A DNA stretch of 64,000 nt. Source: Lama glama. Its lineage: Eukaryota. Made by a program: the position numbers and the translations under genes. This document shows, piece by piece, positions 60,811-64,000 of the stretch. The stretch lies in NCBI GenBank assembly GCA_028534125.1, contig CM052817.1, positions 17,424,001 to 17,488,000 of the forward strand, in the 5' to 3' direction. The notes under the pieces were generated by a model. That model was not told where the DNA came from and made no database searches. It saw nothing but the letters and a program-made list of their open reading frames with translations. Numbering within the stretch: position 1 is the first letter of the stretch; each line of letters starts with the position of its first letter.

Positions 60811-61679
60811 ATACAGTTAAGCAGTTACAAACACCATTGCAAACATATCAGATGGTCACCGATGACAAGAGGGTCCTGCTCAGTTACAATCTCCTCCATC
60901 TGACTCTTCCTGATAATATAGTGAGAGACAGAGACATAGTATTTTTCTGTCCCTTGGAATTGATCCCAAGGAAGGCTCTGGATTTGTCCTGCTTGGGTCT
61001 TAAGCCACTTCTCCACCACTCACCCTTGTCAGGGGGAGAGGAAGCTCTGGCCAGGCCTGGGTCATGGGATCTGTTAGCAGGAGAAAGGAAATGGGGAAGC
61101 TTGTTGAACAGAGAAAGAAGAACCATAAAACCCATATTACACTGCAGGGTGATTCCCTTCCCTGCCTCTCCCACCCCCACAGACCTGACCCAGCTCTGAT
61201 GCCCAGAACCCTGATGGCAGCCATCAGGGCCAGCATCACATGGGGAGCAGTGTTTTCCTGGAGAGCCCTGGACAGTGGTGAGATGTCTCAGAGCTGAAAC
61301 ATACAAGTGAGCCTATGCTTGAACTTATGTGAGACAGCACCATGGGGACCCCTGGCCACAACCATGGGGAACTCTGGGTGGAGCTGAACCTCTGTGTGGG
61401 TATCATATTCAGGGCATTAATATCACTGGATGTCACTTTTTACCAAAAATTCATCAGACCTAGGAACCCTAGGTGATTGTACAGGTGAATAATCTCTTAT
61501 AATGGGCCATCTACATTTTTTCCAAACCCTTTACCAGAATAAATAATTCTGCAGTTAGTTTCCTTGTCATTAGATCTTCACACACACTCTGACTTACTGC
61601 CATTTGTGAAAGCTGAATGTGAGAATAGACAGTGAACAAGCTGGGGCCAAGGAAGCCTCTGGGTGACGAAGCGTGGCTT

Positions 61680-62220
61680 AGCCAGCACTCTTTGGGTTGC
61701 AAGCAACAGAAACACAAGTCAAGCCAATTTCAGCAAAAGGAATATTTATGGACTCCAGAAACTGGGAGTTCCTGGAGTGGAGCTGGCTTCAGGCATGACT
61801 GGACTCAGACTATTCTCCCTGCATTTCTCTTTGACCATTTCTCAGCTACGCTTTCCTTGGGATGGGGGCTCATACCTCTTCCTTTACATGGCTTTGTGGG
61901 GTTTCTGAGGGGAGAGGATCAGTATGATCACAGATGGGTTCAGGTTTATATCATCCAATCTCAGTAAAAACTAGGCTCCTCTCTCCCAATGCCAGACATC
62001 AAATCCCAAGAGCCTGACCGATCTTACTAGGATGTCACTCCTGCTCCAGGACCCATCACTATAGCTCAGGGGTGCTACTATCTGGTAAGTGGGTCCCGTG
62101 ACCAGTAGCCCCAAAGGACACATGTAGGATCAAGGAGGCTCAGTTGCCAAAGGATAGAGGAGAACAGTTACCAGAGTAAGCGGCTAAAGGCTGCTGGCAG
62201 TTTGAAAGAAATCACAGACA
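61680..62220 (-). mobile_element. Old MLT1 (K/L-like) LTR
   Basis: CTCTTTGGGTTGCAAGCAACAGAAACACAAGTCAAGCCAATTTCAGCAAAAGGAATATTTAT...GCTGGCTTCAGGCATGACTGGA. Confidence 0.6.
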
Positions 62221-62739
62221 AAAGCTGAGTCCTGTAGGCTGCCCAGAAGTGTGTCCTGCTGCAAGGGGTTCAGGGCTGGGACAAACAGGAAGTTCTTTCC
62301 CTAAAAACAGAAATGAAACTCACTTCTGTGCGTCATGGCTCAAGGGTAAACCACACTAAGAGGTGTCACCCCCAGGGGGTTGTTTGTAGGGACATGTTTT
62401 GCCTTGTGGTCAGTGTAGGTTCAGTGAAGGACCCATCTTTTTTGAAAGATGGTACGCTTTTGATGAGATCATCCCCATCCCCATCCCCACCCCCAACCCC
62501 AAACCATTCCATGGCTTCTGATTTCCTTCCTGCAAAGCCTGCCTCTTAACTCCACTCTAATGGGCAATGGCACCATGAGACCTAGCAAAGGCCTTGAGCT
62601 TTAGGGCGGGCAGACCAGCTTGGACAGCTTCCAGCTGTGTGACCCGAGGACAAGTTACTTTGAATTTCTTACAGGGAGAGTTGGTAGTGTGTGGTGTCAT
62701 TCTAGGGTCCTGGCTCCTGATGTTACCCAATCTCCATTT

Positions 62740-62940
62740 CTCAGCCACGTGCCCTTAAGCGTATGACTTAACTTCTCTGTGCCTCAGTTTCCTCATCCAT
62801 GTATTGGGGATAATGATAAAACTTACTTCACAAGCCTGTTCAGTGGATTAACTGAGACAATGCGTGTCAGTTGCTGAGAACAGTGTGTGGCACACAGCCA
62901 GCACTCAATAAATGTGAGCTATTGTTGTTACTGCTGTTAG
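62740..62940 (+). mobile_element. MIR SINE
   Basis: GACTTAACTTCTCTGTGCCTCAGTTTCCTCATC...GGCACACAGCCAGCACTCAATAAATG. Confidence 0.8.
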
Positions 62941-63434
62941 CTTTGAATTCTCGGTACCTATCAGAGTACCTGGCCCAGAAGGAAATGTCTGTTTAATGAA
63001 CCAATGGACTTAAAGCTTCATAACCTCATTTTCCTAATTTATTAAAAGAGAACACTACCCATCTAACAGGTTCTTGCAATGTTTAAGTGAGATAATGTAT
63101 GTAAAGCTTCCAGCACAGTGATGGGCAATTTTTACTGGTTCCTCTTCATTTTCTTCCTTCCCCTGCGCCTGGCATTCAACGACCTCCATCATTTTATGGT
63201 TTAAGTCTCTTTGGACTGCAAAATGCTCAGACCCAACTTAAACTGGCTTGTACTAGTAAAGAAGCCCTGGCCCAAGAAAGAGGAAAGTCCAAAGTAAAGC
63301 TGAATCCAGGGGCTCAAATTCAGGGACTCAGGTGACAGCAGCTTGGCCTCCTTGGAGCTATTTTTTCCCCTTCAATGTTGACTTTACCTCAGGCAGATTT
63401 TCTTTATCTAGTGGTCTTCAGCAGCCCCAGATCC

Positions 63435-63590
63435 TCACAGGTCTCTTAACCTCAGTGTTCTCATCTGTAAACAGGGAATACTTAATAATAGATAATAACA
63501 ATTAACATCTCTATTAATATGTGTAAAGTGCTTAGAACACTGCTCAGCACACAGTGAGCTTTCAATACATATTATTCCACTGCCACTACT
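63435..63590 (+). mobile_element. MIR SINE fragment
   Basis: CCTCAGTGTTCTCATCTGTAAACAGGGAATA...TGTAAAGTGCTTAGAACACTGCTCAGCACACAGTGAGC. Confidence 0.75.
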
Positions 63591-64000
63591 ATCATTTAGC
63601 AGTTTTGGCGTAAAAGGAGCTTCTCCTTCCACCTCTAGAAAACTCGAAGGATTGAGTCTCATTGGGTCCCCTACTTTGAAGCAACCACCATGAGCAAAGC
63701 GTAGAATAATCTGATTGTTTAGACCCGAGTTATGTACCCAGGCCTGGAGCTGGAGACACTCTTGAAGTCAGCCTCGCTCTCACGTGGCTAAGAACTGGGG
63801 AAGCTGGTCCCCCAAGAAAAGTCAAGGTACTATTAACAGAAGGAGAAAGCAGACCCTGAGCAGGCGGGAAAAGCAGGCTTTCCAGTGGTTAATGCCTTGT
63901 CCCCTGAGTTGGAACAGATGACCATCTTCCACTCCTGCCCCCAACTGTCTGTTGAAATGTTGAATGCCTGAACCTTGGGCATATGACTTACCCTCTCAAA

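Noticed and set aside
60538..61306. Overlapping 120-140 aa ORFs / possible processed pseudogene
   Set aside because: Only the short L1 ORF2 fragment is recognisable. The rest matches nothing I know and lacks a poly(A) tail or TSD.
1..64000. Prokaryotic-type systems (CRISPR arrays, operons, defence islands) or a novel multi-gene system
   Set aside because: The sequence is clearly eutherian (MIR, L2, MLT1, spliced gene). I saw no regularly spaced repeat arrays and no second gene.

Overview
Mammalian genomic DNA, most likely a camelid, judged from four short tRNA-Ala-derived SINEs resembling the camelid vic-1 type. The window holds one complete protein-coding gene that the ORF track misses because it is split into three tiny exons. 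It is SMIM20 (C4orf52/MITRAC7, the phoenixin precursor) on the + strand, CDS join(8254..8362,18468..18524,19298..19335), 67 aa: [67 protein letters not shown]. It has a CpG-island promoter at about 7.95-8.5 kb and several candidate poly(A) signals at 19.4-19.96 kb. The rest is intron and intergenic sequence full of old eutherian repeats (L1M, L2, MIR, MLT1/MLT2, LTR16, MER20, MER5A, MER91, hAT-Charlie), plus younger L1 3' ends and SINEs with visible target-site duplications (TSDs). There are two good CTCF motif matches and a few motif-dense, repeat-free stretches that may be enhancers. I found no convincing novel multi-gene system. The leads most worth checking are a frame-preserving exon-2 skip that would remodel the phoenixin peptide, serial reuse of one retrotransposon target site, a CTCF/CpG micro-island and a 50-bp perfect palindrome. 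Repeat family names and boundaries were recognised by eye and are approximate.
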